Assembly (NCBI GenBank): GCA_043813805.1
Contig: JBDRKR010000025.1
Location: 1-62,277 of the forward strand
Direction: 5' to 3'
DNA length: 62,277 nucleotides
Origin: Candidatus Nealsonbacteria bacterium
GTDB lineage: Bacteria; Patescibacteriota; Minisyncoccia; Minisyncoccales; MHMH01
Both the position numbers and the translations under genes were made by a program. Of the stretch, positions 1 through 8,388 are shown in pieces. Numbering within the stretch: position 1 is the stretch's first letter; each line of letters starts with the position of its first letter. Under the pieces are notes generated by a model. It was not told where the DNA came from and searched no databases. It saw only the letters and a program-made list of their open reading frames with translations.

Positions 1-16
1 TTTCTATATATAAAAG

Positions 17-490
17 CTAAAATTGAATCAAACATCGAAACACTACAGCAGCAATTAAAAAAATACCGAGAAGCACATAAACTAAGCCGAGAAGAGAGGC
101 TACGTCTCCTTCTATTTGATGTGTTTTAAGTTCCGAAGACATCGAACCAATATCCAAATCGCCTTCCTTTTTCTTAATAACATATATCCCATACCCTAAA
201 AAAATAAATCCGTCTAGAAACGCTAACCACCAAGGTATACCCATCACGACTCCTAAGCTCCCCCATATTTGAAAATACGATGTTTTATTAATAATACTTA
301 ATAAAAGTGCAACGATAATATCAACAATCGAAATAAATATTACAAGCTTCATGGGTCCGCTAAGTAAAGGTGGTGGTAAATGCGGGTCGGTTTCGTTCTT
401 TTTTAATTTAAGGAATAACTCTGGAGATTCTTGGGCTAAAATTTTATCAAACTCTCGCTGCTTATTGTTTTGTTTATTTTTTGATTTCAT
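17..490 (-). CDS. hypothetical integral membrane protein
   Basis: 157-aa ORF with a Lys-rich N-terminus and several hydrophobic helices. No family recognised. Confidence 0.45.
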   Translation of the reverse strand: MKSKNKQNNKQREFDKILAQESPELFLKLKKNETDPHLPPPLLSGPMKLVIFISIVDIIVALLLSIINKTSYFQIWGSLGVVMGIPWWLAFLDGFIFLGYGIYVIKKKEGDLDIGSMSSELKTHQIEGDVASLLGLVYVLLGIFLIAAVVFRCLIQF

Positions 491-571
491 TGCCTTACTC
501 TACCAAAAAACCGCCCAAAAGGCGATTTTCTGTTCACAACTAATTGCTGAATTTTATACGCTAGCATTTTA

Positions 572-1009
572 CTAAATTTGGCTTTCGGTCGTTTCGGTAT
601 TTTGAATATATTTTTTACTAATAATATAGAATAGAAAGGCTGCAATACTAAAATCGACGAAGGAATATATAATAGCTACACCAGCTGCCTTTCCCATGAA
701 AATCTGTAACAAAATATACCCTCCATTTAGAACAACAAGATACATTGTTGCTAAATTTATAATCTTAGCCTTATCTCCGATAATATAAGTCTTCTTAAGG
801 TAATTTGCAGAATATATTGTTCCAAGCCAAATAGATAGAATCCTTATCGCTAACAAAAATACCATTATTAAAAGTGGTGACCCAAATTTAATTAATGGTA
901 ATAAAATAAAACTTGCAATAAGGCCTATTATAAGTGGTATCACAAAGCCAGCTGTAAGATAATGAGTCGCTGCAATATACCAATTAGATGATTTCTTTTT
1001 TTCTTTCAT
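572..1009 (-). CDS. hypothetical integral membrane protein
   Basis: 145-aa ORF with about 4 hydrophobic helices. The upstream region shares GCGGTTTTTTGGTAGA(A/G)TAAG with the upstream region of ORF 17-490. Confidence 0.45.
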   Translation of the reverse strand: MKEKKKSSNWYIAATHYLTAGFVIPLIIGLIASFILLPLIKFGSPLLIMVFLLAIRILSIWLGTIYSANYLKKTYIIGDKAKIINLATMYLVVLNGGYILLQIFMGKAAGVAIIYSFVDFSIAAFLFYIISKKYIQNTETTESQI

Positions 1010-1265
1010 TTTATGTAAATGTAATTATCTTAATAATTAACCGACCTTTCTCTTATTCTACCAAAAAACCGCACGAATAAATAGGCGGGAATTAGCGGGG
1101 GCTGGTAGACGACGTTAGAACCTGCTTTAAGATAAATAGTGTCCCCTCTTCTATTTTAAATTATTAAGAGAACCCATAAAACATTAGAACTATTATGAAA
1201 GAAAAACCGCCTCAACTTTTCAGTAATATTGGCGGAAGCAGCTGGTCTGCTCGGTCCTTTTTTTG

Positions 1266-1541
1266 CTACGGATAGTCCTCTTCGGCGGCGATGAGAACGA
1301 TACATTTCTGTCCGCCTTCCTTGAGAACATCCTCTTTTGTATAGCCATCCTTAGCAAGCTTTCTGGTCAATCTTTCAAGTTTAACCGCCTCGGATGGTTC
1401 GTCTGCCGGCTGATATACAGCGTTATCAACCTGAACTGTATCAAGTTGAGCGTAGCTGTTACCCTCCGGGTCTTTTTGCAGAATAACGATTCTCTCCGGA
1501 TCTGCAGTTCGTAGTGATTCAATCAATTGCTTAACTTTCAT
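1266..1541 (-). CDS. hypothetical small acidic protein (91 aa)
   Basis: ORF with SD AAGGAGAGGG 5 nt upstream of the ATG and a consensus promoter upstream. Visibly GC-richer than its neighbours. No family recognised. Confidence 0.6.
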   Translation of the reverse strand: MKVKQLIESLRTADPERIVILQKDPEGNSYAQLDTVQVDNAVYQPADEPSEAVKLERLTRKLAKDGYTKEDVLKEGGQKCIVLIAAEEDYP

Positions 1542-1575
1542 TTTTCCCTCTCCTTATTCAATTTTCTATATTATA

Positions 1576-1604
1576 ATTATACCACTTCTCTGCGGTGTTG
1601 TCAA
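1576..1604 (-). promoter_or_regulatory. consensus sigma70-type promoter TTGACA-17-TATAAT with TGn extended -10
   Basis: Minus strand reads TTGACA (1599-1604), a 17-nt spacer ending in TGG, then TATAAT (1576-1581). Confidence 0.65.
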
Positions 1605-1611
1605 TAGCGCA

Positions 1612-1694
1612 CGGGGACGACGAGGCTCGCCCCACGCCTCTTCGGGCTGGGCACTGCCTCCGCCCCTTCGGGGCTCCGGCTTCGAGCCTCGTCC
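1612..1694. other. GC-rich structured element carrying an 18-nt copy of the tRNA-Asp 3' end
   Basis: 1612-1629 is identical to 1738-1755, which is the tRNA-Asp T-arm plus acceptor 3' strand. 1619-1629 pairs with 1683-1693 (11 bp) and encloses two GC hairpins. 62 of 82 nt are G or C. Confidence 0.4.
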
Positions 1695-1700
1695 ATCATA

Positions 1701-1726
1701 AAATTCAAAAGAGGCCAAATGGCCTC
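1701..1726 (-). terminator. rho-independent terminator after the tRNA cluster
   Basis: Hairpin GAGGCC-ATTT-GGCCTC followed by TTTTGAATTTT on the minus strand. Confidence 0.6.
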
Positions 1727-1737
1727 CTTGAATTTTG

Positions 1738-1811
1738 CGGGGACGACGAGGCTCGAACTCGCAACCCTCGGCTCGACAAGCCGATGCTCTAACCAATTGA
1801 GCTACGTCCCC
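1738..1811 (-). tRNA. tRNA-Asp (GTC)
   Basis: Hand-folded 74-nt cloverleaf. Acceptor is GGGGACG/CGTCCCC, anticodon loop TTGTCGA, T-loop TTCGAGC. No encoded CCA. Confidence 0.9.
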
Positions 1812-1814
1812 ATG

Positions 1815-1886
1815 TGCCGGAGGCGAGAGTCGAACTCGCAACCACTGGCTTATGATGCCATTGCTCTGCCATTGAGCTACCCCGGC
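1815..1886 (-). tRNA. tRNA with CAT anticodon (Met or Ile2)
   Basis: 72-nt cloverleaf. Acceptor is GCCGGGG/CTCCGGC, anticodon loop ATCATAA, T-arm GCGAG-TTCGACT-CTCGC. Confidence 0.8.
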
Positions 1887-1933
1887 CCTTCCTAAGCTAA
1901 AAACTACAAACTAATTGCTAGAAACTAACAGTG

Positions 1934-2004
1934 TTGCGGGGCCAGGAATTGCACCTGGGCTTCGGGCTTATGAGACCCGCGACCTACTACTGGTCCACCC
2001 CGCT
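1934..2004 (-). tRNA. non-canonical tRNA with CAT anticodon (possible initiator)
   Basis: 71-nt fold with anticodon arm CGGGT-CTCATAA-GCCCG. If U8 is kept, positions 1:72 form an apparent A:A mismatch. The D-loop AGTAGTA lacks GG and the T-loop is TGCAATT. Ends are uncertain by about 1 nt. Confidence 0.6.
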
Positions 2005-2051
2005 ATGTTATATACACCATCTTACTATACTGGAATTCTGTAAAAAATCAA

Positions 2052-2582
2052 CTACGTTAAAATCTGCAAAGAATTAAACGCCCTTTGATAGGCCCCCAGA
2101 GTGGCTTTGGCCTCGTCTTGGCTCAGCCGGTAATCGGGGTTATGGACGATATTGTTGCGGACCTTATGCGCCGCGTAAACGTCATCAAGGTTGCCCACGG
2201 TCGCCGATGTCAGTTTGCCCAGCTTTTCTTCAAGGGTCTGACCGATAAAACCCATTCTTTTTAAACTGGCGTCCAATAAATCATCCGCCTCAATGACAGC
2301 CATTTTCGATTCTGATTCTGCGCCGGTGCTAAGACGATTGATGATTTTGTTCCAGATTTTCGTAATTCTTTTAGCCCCAAACGGCCGGGTGGTGAGAAAC
2401 TCCCAAAAATCCTGCACGAACAGCCATTGATAATAATGGGTTTTAAAAATGAGGATAATAATGGCAATCAATAAAATTAAACCGATCGATAAAAATGTAA
2501 ACTGAACCCAGAGCAATTTTTGCTGGATTTCGGGAGAAATCAAGAATGAAATAATAGCGTCGAGATTAATATTAATGCTCAT
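2052..2582 (-). CDS. hypothetical membrane-anchored protein
   Basis: 176-aa ORF with N-terminal TM helices and a soluble C-terminal domain. No family recognised. Confidence 0.5.
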   Translation of the reverse strand: MSININLDAIISFLISPEIQQKLLWVQFTFLSIGLILLIAIIILIFKTHYYQWLFVQDFWEFLTTRPFGAKRITKIWNKIINRLSTGAESESKMAVIEADDLLDASLKRMGFIGQTLEEKLGKLTSATVGNLDDVYAAHKVRNNIVHNPDYRLSQDEAKATLGAYQRAFNSLQILT

Positions 2583-2590
2583 AATAAAGA

Positions 2591-4009
2591 TTATGCTGAA
2601 TTTTCAAAAAATGCGGCGGCTTCAAAAATCTGATTTTCCTTGAAAGATTGGCCGATGATTTGCAAACCTACCGGCAGATGCCCCACCTTACCGCAAGGCA
2701 CAGAAAGCGCCGGTAACCCGGCTAAATTTATCGAAACGGTGTAAACATCAACCAAATACATGGAAAGGGGGTCCTCTATCTTTTCACCGATTTTGAAGGG
2801 CAAAATAGGCGAGGTCGGAGTCATAATCATATCAACCTTCTTAAAAGCGTTGTTAAAGTCTTCAATAATCTTAGTTCTCACCCTCTGTGCTCTTTTGTAA
2901 TAAGCCTCGTAGTAGCCGGACGATAAGGCGTAAGTTCCCAGCATAATCCGTCTTCGTACTTCCGCCCCAAAGCCTTCTCCCCTGCTTTTTAAATAAACAT
3001 CCAGTAATGAATTCTCTTTTTTAGAGAAGCCGTATTTGATGCCGTCGTATCGAGCCAGATTTGCCGAGGCCTCCGAAGGGTTGATGATGTAATAGGCGGG
3101 CAGCGCATATTCGGTATGGGGTAGGTTTATCTCAATTATCTTCGCTCCGGCTTTTTCGTACCGATTAATGGCGCTTTTCACCAGTTTTTCAACTTCCGGA
3201 TCTATCCCTTTGACAAAATACTCTTTCGGTACGCCAACCCGTAATTTTCCAATTTCCAATTTACAATTTTCCAATTCCGGTACCGCAACACTAGTTGAAT
3301 CTAACGGATCTTTACCTTTAATGGCTTCAAATACTATTTTAGCATCTTCCACGGTTTTCGTAATGGGACCGATCTGGTCCAAAGAAGAGGCAAAAGCCAT
3401 TAATCCGAATCTTGAAACAGCGCCGTAGGTAGGTTTCAATCCGACGACTCCGCAGAAAGAAGCGGGCTGACGGATAGAACCGCCCGTGTCAGAACCTAGG
3501 GCATAGACGGTCATATTGGCGGCCACAGCCGCTGCCGATCCACCCGACGAACCGCCGGGGACTCTGGACGGGTCAAGAGGATTACGGGTGGGGCCAAACG
3601 CCGAATTCTCGGTGGAAGAGCCCATCGCAAACTCATCAAGATTGGTTTTACCTAAAATCACCGCTCCCTGTTTTTTTAATCTTTTGACAACCGTGGCGTC
3701 ATAGGGGGCTGTGTAGTTTTCGAGGATCTTCGAAGCCGTCGTGCACTTTGCGCCCTCAACCAAAATATTGTCTTTTATGGCCACAGGTATGCCTGCCAAC
3801 ATCGGAAGATCTTGGGTACGAGTAATCAAGTCGTCGGCTTTCTTGGCTTCATCTAAAGCGGCGTTTTCCCTTAAAGCCAAAAAGGCGAAAATTTCCTTAT
3901 TGCTGTTTTTAATGCTGTCGAAATGCGCCCTGCAAAGTTCCACGGCGGAAAACTCTTTTTTTTTCAAACCTTGATGCGCCTGGGCGATTGTTAAGTCGGT
4001 TAGAATCAT
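2591..4009 (-). CDS. gatA: Glu/Asp-tRNA amidotransferase subunit A
   Basis: 472 aa with amidase signature GGSSGGSAAAVA. Lies directly downstream of gatC. Confidence 0.95.
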   Translation of the reverse strand: MILTDLTIAQAHQGLKKKEFSAVELCRAHFDSIKNSNKEIFAFLALRENAALDEAKKADDLITRTQDLPMLAGIPVAIKDNILVEGAKCTTASKILENYTAPYDATVVKRLKKQGAVILGKTNLDEFAMGSSTENSAFGPTRNPLDPSRVPGGSSGGSAAAVAANMTVYALGSDTGGSIRQPASFCGVVGLKPTYGAVSRFGLMAFASSLDQIGPITKTVEDAKIVFEAIKGKDPLDSTSVAVPELENCKLEIGKLRVGVPKEYFVKGIDPEVEKLVKSAINRYEKAGAKIIEINLPHTEYALPAYYIINPSEASANLARYDGIKYGFSKKENSLLDVYLKSRGEGFGAEVRRRIMLGTYALSSGYYEAYYKRAQRVRTKIIEDFNNAFKKVDMIMTPTSPILPFKIGEKIEDPLSMYLVDVYTVSINLAGLPALSVPCGKVGHLPVGLQIIGQSFKENQIFEAAAFFENSA

Positions 4010-4288
4010 TTATTTGAGAATTGATTTCACTTTAATATAGTTATCTTTAGTTTCCGGCGCCAATCCCAATAAGTTTCCAGCACCTTTTTCGGCCTCATCT
4101 TTTCTAAAGACGTTCTTTATGGATAAAGGATGCGAAGTCTCTTTTGTTTCGGAAACATCCACCTTTTTTAATTTTTCTATGTAATCTAAAATTGCCGAGA
4201 GATCCTTTCCATACTTTTTAAGCTCTTTCTTAGCTAAACCAAGCCTCGCAAGCTTAGCGATATGTTGTACTTCTTTTTGAGTTATCAT
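4010..4288 (-). CDS. gatC: Glu/Asp-tRNA amidotransferase subunit C
   Basis: The MITQKEVQHIAKLARL start is typical of GatC. Start placed at Met9 of ORF 4010-4312. Confidence 0.85.
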   Translation of the reverse strand: MITQKEVQHIAKLARLGLAKKELKKYGKDLSAILDYIEKLKKVDVSETKETSHPLSIKNVFRKDEAEKGAGNLLGLAPETKDNYIKVKSILK

Positions 4289-4349
4289 ATAAACATATAA
4301 GCATTTAAACAATTTGTTCAGATGCTTAAATGTTAAAATGTTAAAATGA

Positions 4350-5402
4350 TTATTTGGGCGGTTCCAAATATTCGGTTTCAGTCAAAACCTCTCTTAATTC
4401 ATCGAGGTTTTCTAACACCAGGCCCGCGCCTCGGGCTACGGCCGTCACCGGATCTTCAACGATGCGGGTGGGAATTTTTGTTTCTTTGGTGATCAAAATA
4501 TCGATACCGTTAAGCAGGCTGCCGCCGCCCACGAGCGATATGCCGTTTCTCATCACATCCGATAAAAGCTCGGGCGGCGTTTCTTCCACCGCAGTTTTGA
4601 TGGTATTGACGATTTGCTTGATTGACTTTGACATGGCCTGGGCAATGCTGTTTTCGGAAACTAAAATTTCTTCCGGCAAACCCGTCACTAAGTTTCTCCC
4701 CCTCATCGGCATTTCCTTTTTTCCTTTCATGGGAAAGGCGCAACCAATCCCGATTTTAATTTCCTCAGCGGTCCTCTCTCCGATGAGAAGCTTGTATTCC
4801 TCTTGCGCGAACTGAATAATATCTTCATTAAGCTTGTCTCCGGCGATTCTCAGGCTTTTGGCTAAAACAATCCCTCCCAAAGAAATGACCACCACCTGAG
4901 TCGTGCCGCCGCCGATATCAACCACAAAGTTTCCTCCCGCTTCCTGAACGGCTAATCTCGCCCCAATGGCAGCCGCCATCGGCTGCTCAATCAGATAGAC
5001 TTCGCTCGCCCCTGCCGATAATCCCGCATCCCTGACTGATTTTTTTTCAACCTCCGTCACTTCGCAAGGCACTCCGATGATAACGCGAGGCCTGGGTTTG
5101 AAAAAGAATTTTCTTTGCTGAACTTTTTCAATAAAATAACGCAGCATCTGCTCGGTTACCTCAAAGTCGGAAATCACGCCGTTTACCAAAGGACGCGTAG
5201 CCACAATATGGGCCGGGGTTCTCCCGACCATCTTTTTAGCCTCATCTCCGATGGCTAAAACCTGTCCGGTTTTTTGATTGATGGCCACGACCGAAGGTTC
5301 AAAAATAACAATTCCCCGCCCTCTTAAATAAACGAGGGTTGTGGCGGTCCCCAAATCAATGGCAATATCCTGGAAAAAATGCGAAAAAAATTTATTAAAC
5401 AT
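4350..5402 (-). CDS. mreB: rod-shape/actin-like protein MreB
   Basis: 350 aa with actin-fold motifs DLGTATT and DIGGGTT. Confidence 0.9.
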   Translation of the reverse strand: MFNKFFSHFFQDIAIDLGTATTLVYLRGRGIVIFEPSVVAINQKTGQVLAIGDEAKKMVGRTPAHIVATRPLVNGVISDFEVTEQMLRYFIEKVQQRKFFFKPRPRVIIGVPCEVTEVEKKSVRDAGLSAGASEVYLIEQPMAAAIGARLAVQEAGGNFVVDIGGGTTQVVVISLGGIVLAKSLRIAGDKLNEDIIQFAQEEYKLLIGERTAEEIKIGIGCAFPMKGKKEMPMRGRNLVTGLPEEILVSENSIAQAMSKSIKQIVNTIKTAVEETPPELLSDVMRNGISLVGGGSLLNGIDILITKETKIPTRIVEDPVTAVARGAGLVLENLDELREVLTETEYLEPPK

Positions 5403-5407
5403 GATTA

Positions 5408-6691
5408 TTATCGCGATGTTGAACGATGTTGAAATCCGATTTCAACAAGTTTGTTGAAATCCGATTTCAACGAAACCAGTTTTGTTTTCTGCTCGTTACG
5501 TTTCTTAATTTCAATTGAATCTTGCTTCAGAGTCTTTTCGCTGACAACCATCCTTAAGGGAATACCTAATAAATCAGCTTCGGCAAATTTCTCACCGGCC
5601 GCTTTGCCCTCTCTGTCATCGTACAATACTTCAATGCCCTTCTTTTGTAAATCATCATAAATTTTTTGCGCGGTTTGTTTTACTTCAGAATTTTCGCCGA
5701 GCTGAATCAAGTGGATCTGAAACGGCGCCACGGCCTCAGGCCATAAAATTCCCCTTTCATCGTGGAAAATTTCGGCGATAGTGCCCATCAGGCGCCCCAA
5801 ACCGATCCCATAAGAACCCATAATAACGGGGTTATCTTTGCCGTTTTTATCTTTGAAAGTCAGCCCCAAAGCTGAAGAATATTTTGTCCCCAAGGGAAAA
5901 ATATTGCCTATTTCTATTGCCTTTTTTTCTTCCAGGTCAGCTTTTTTTAATCCTAATTCGTCTAAAACCTCGTCTTGATAAACCTCCTTGTTGATTGCTA
6001 TCTTCTTTTTTTGATCAATGTATATTATATCTTCACCGGCCTCGGAAATTGCCTGAAACTCGTCGCTGAATTTGCTGAAAGACCCGCCGCTGGCAAAAGT
6101 GCGGAAGGTATAATTTTTAAGCCCCACCCTGGAAAAAATCTTTAAATAAGCGGCTGCGCATTTTTCATAAAAATCCTTGAATTCTTCTTCTGTTCTGGAA
6201 AAAGAATAAAGATCTTTCATTAGAAACTCCCTTACCCTCATCAAACCGCTTTTAGCTCTGAGCTCGTTCCTAAACTTCGTCTGAAACTGATAAACATAGC
6301 GGGGTAAATCTCTCCAAGAATTCACATACTCTTTCATCAAATTGGCCAGGGGCTCCTCGTGAGTGTTGGCGATGCCTGCATCCGCGCCATTTGCGAGTTT
6401 TGTCTTAAACCAATTGTCCACCACTTTGTCATCCCACCTGCCGCTTTTCTTCCAAATCTCGGGATCTTGCAAAGAGGTCAGCAGAACCTGCTCTCCGCCC
6501 AGCTCGTCCATTTCCTCTTTAATGATTTGCTTTATTTTTTCTATCACTCTTAATCCCAGGGGCAAAAAAGCAAAAACTCCGGCCATTTCTTTATGAATAA
6601 AACCGGCTCGAATCAAAAGTTTGGCGTTCACCGAAACTTCTTCTTTGGGAGCTTCTTTTAAAAGCTTGGTAAAAAGTTGCGATTGCTTCAT
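5408..6691 (-). CDS. proS: prolyl-tRNA synthetase (short, no insertion/editing domain)
   Basis: 427 aa. Class II motifs FRNELRAKSGLMRVREF and a C-terminal anticodon-binding region. The last ~20 codons run through palindromic repeats. Confidence 0.9.
   Translation of the reverse strand: MKQSQLFTKLLKEAPKEEVSVNAKLLIRAGFIHKEMAGVFAFLPLGLRVIEKIKQIIKEEMDELGGEQVLLTSLQDPEIWKKSGRWDDKVVDNWFKTKLANGADAGIANTHEEPLANLMKEYVNSWRDLPRYVYQFQTKFRNELRAKSGLMRVREFLMKDLYSFSRTEEEFKDFYEKCAAAYLKIFSRVGLKNYTFRTFASGGSFSKFSDEFQAISEAGEDIIYIDQKKKIAINKEVYQDEVLDELGLKKADLEEKKAIEIGNIFPLGTKYSSALGLTFKDKNGKDNPVIMGSYGIGLGRLMGTIAEIFHDERGILWPEAVAPFQIHLIQLGENSEVKQTAQKIYDDLQKKGIEVLYDDREGKAAGEKFAEADLLGIPLRMVVSEKTLKQDSIEIKKRNEQKTKLVSLKSDFNKLVEIGFQHRSTSR
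5414..5471. repeat. short repeats at the proS 3' end
   Basis: cgatgttgaa occurs twice in tandem (5414-5433). The 19-nt palindrome gttgaaatccgatttcaac occurs at 5428-5446 and 5453-5471. Confidence 0.8.
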
Positions 6692-6692
6692 G

Positions 6693-7766
6693 TTAAAATA
6701 TTCTAGGGATATCGAATTTCACCGTGACGAAAATCATGAAGATAATCAAAAGCACAAAAAAGGTCGCGGTAATATTCTGCTCTATTTTGTAATTAAGCGG
6801 CTTGCCCCTTCTTAATCCTTCAATAGCCAAAAAAACTATCTTGCCGCCGTCCAAAGCCGGAATCGGCAGAATATTGGTTAAAGCCATGGCTACTGAAATG
6901 TAAGAAACCAGGAAGAAGAAATAACTTACCCCCATTTTGGAATATTGCCCCAATAAGTCTAAAATCCCTATCGGACCGAACATTTCCATTTTCAGGCCGC
7001 TTGGCAGTTTGGCTATGCCCAGGACGTTCTTTATGCCGGCTATCCACCCCCTAATAATATTGGCGGTCATCCCGGCCGAAATTGTTATCCCCTGCCAAGG
7101 AGCCGAAAACCAGGAATAATGCTTTAAAGCGATCCTGGCCAAGGCAACGCCCATGGGACCGGTTTCGGCCGGATAAGATTCCCGCGGCACGATTTTTTTC
7201 TCAAGAAAATCCTGTCCCCTTTTGACGGTCAAGGTAATTTCTTTTCCTTTATTAGCGGCGATGAAACTTTGAACATCGGCTACTTTTTCAAATCCGATGA
7301 TCACGTCTCCGGCTTGAAAATCGGCCGCTTGAGCCGGCGAATCAGACATAATCTGAGTAATCTGAATCTTCACTTCTTTAAGGTTGTAATTTTCCTCATC
7401 CGAAACAGCTTGAGGCAAACCCCAAGTCGCAGACGCTACCCCCAATAAGACCGCCGAAACTATCCAAAAGGAAACAACACCTCCGATGATGATAAGGAAT
7501 CTCTGCCAAAGGGGCTTATCTGTAAAACTGCGGTAATCTTCGACCCCTCCTGCCTCGCCATGAATTTTAACAAAGGCGCCGAAAGGAATCAGGTTCAAAG
7601 AATAAATTGTTTCACCGATTTTTTTGCCGATGATACGCGGCGGATAACCAACGCCGAATTCTTCGATTTTAGTACCGAATTTTTTGGCCAAAATAAAATG
7701 GCCGAACTCGTGGATAACCAAAAGGGCGATTAAGCTAAAAAGAGCGATAAGAATAGTTAATATCAT
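6693..7766 (-). CDS. rseP: RseP-like site-2 metalloprotease (M50 with PDZ)
   Basis: 357 aa with HEFGHF zinc motif, a central PDZ-like segment and NILPIPALDGG. Confidence 0.8.
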   Translation of the reverse strand: MILTILIALFSLIALLVIHEFGHFILAKKFGTKIEEFGVGYPPRIIGKKIGETIYSLNLIPFGAFVKIHGEAGGVEDYRSFTDKPLWQRFLIIIGGVVSFWIVSAVLLGVASATWGLPQAVSDEENYNLKEVKIQITQIMSDSPAQAADFQAGDVIIGFEKVADVQSFIAANKGKEITLTVKRGQDFLEKKIVPRESYPAETGPMGVALARIALKHYSWFSAPWQGITISAGMTANIIRGWIAGIKNVLGIAKLPSGLKMEMFGPIGILDLLGQYSKMGVSYFFFLVSYISVAMALTNILPIPALDGGKIVFLAIEGLRRGKPLNYKIEQNITATFFVLLIIFMIFVTVKFDIPRIF

Positions 7767-7775
7767 GAATTTTAT

Positions 7776-8336
7776 TTAGGACGCTATTTCTTGCTTTTTC
7801 TTTTCTCCCAACTCGTCGATTTTCTTTTGGTAATCATCAATCATTTTCTGAAGGTCGTCTTTCGCCCGGAACTTGTCGTCTTCCCTGACCTTGCCTTCTT
7901 TAAAACCGTCTTGAATGTTGCGCCACGCCTCTTCCCGCCACCTTCTCAAAACCTGCCTGGATTGCTCCTGTTTTTCAGACAGAAGTCGCAATAAATCCTT
8001 CCGATATTCTTCGGTTAAATCAGGTAAATTAATCCTGACCGCGTCCTTATCTACGATAGGAGAGGCCCCTACGCCCGTCCGCGATAAAGCCGCGACAATC
8101 CCTTCGATATACGACTTGTCCCAGGGCTGAATTAAAATCTGCCGGGGCGCCGGCGTAGAAATCGCGGCTAACTGTTTTAAGGCGAACTTCTGCCCGAAGC
8201 AGTCAACGACCACGTCTTCCACCAAAGATGGATTGGCCCGCGAAGTACGGATTTTGGCCAATTCTCCCTCAAAAAATTTAATCACCTTTTCGAATTCGGG
8301 TTTAGTTTTATCGATAATTTCTTTATAAGCTTCCAT
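7776..8336 (-). CDS. frr: ribosome recycling factor
   Basis: 186 aa with typical RRF sequence (KIRTSRANPSLVEDV). Confidence 0.95.
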   Translation of the reverse strand: MEAYKEIIDKTKPEFEKVIKFFEGELAKIRTSRANPSLVEDVVVDCFGQKFALKQLAAISTPAPRQILIQPWDKSYIEGIVAALSRTGVGASPIVDKDAVRINLPDLTEEYRKDLLRLLSEKQEQSRQVLRRWREEAWRNIQDGFKEGKVREDDKFRAKDDLQKMIDDYQKKIDELGEKKKQEIAS

Positions 8337-8388
8337 ATAAATGTCTATTTAAAATTTTCGTTTCACTCAAATTATAACAAAATTTTAT

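Noticed and set aside
1612-1755. The tRNA-Asp 3' end direct repeat read as the boundaries of an intact prophage or genomic island.
   Set aside because: Only about 110 bp lie between the repeats and no integrase is nearby. At most it is a remnant, so it is reported as a structured element or scar instead.
1566-1841. ORFs 1566-1841 (-) and 1595-1792 (+), Arg/Pro/Gly-rich.
   Set aside because: They run through tRNA-Asp, tRNA-CAT and the GC-rich hairpin element. Their composition reflects structured RNA, not coding sequence.
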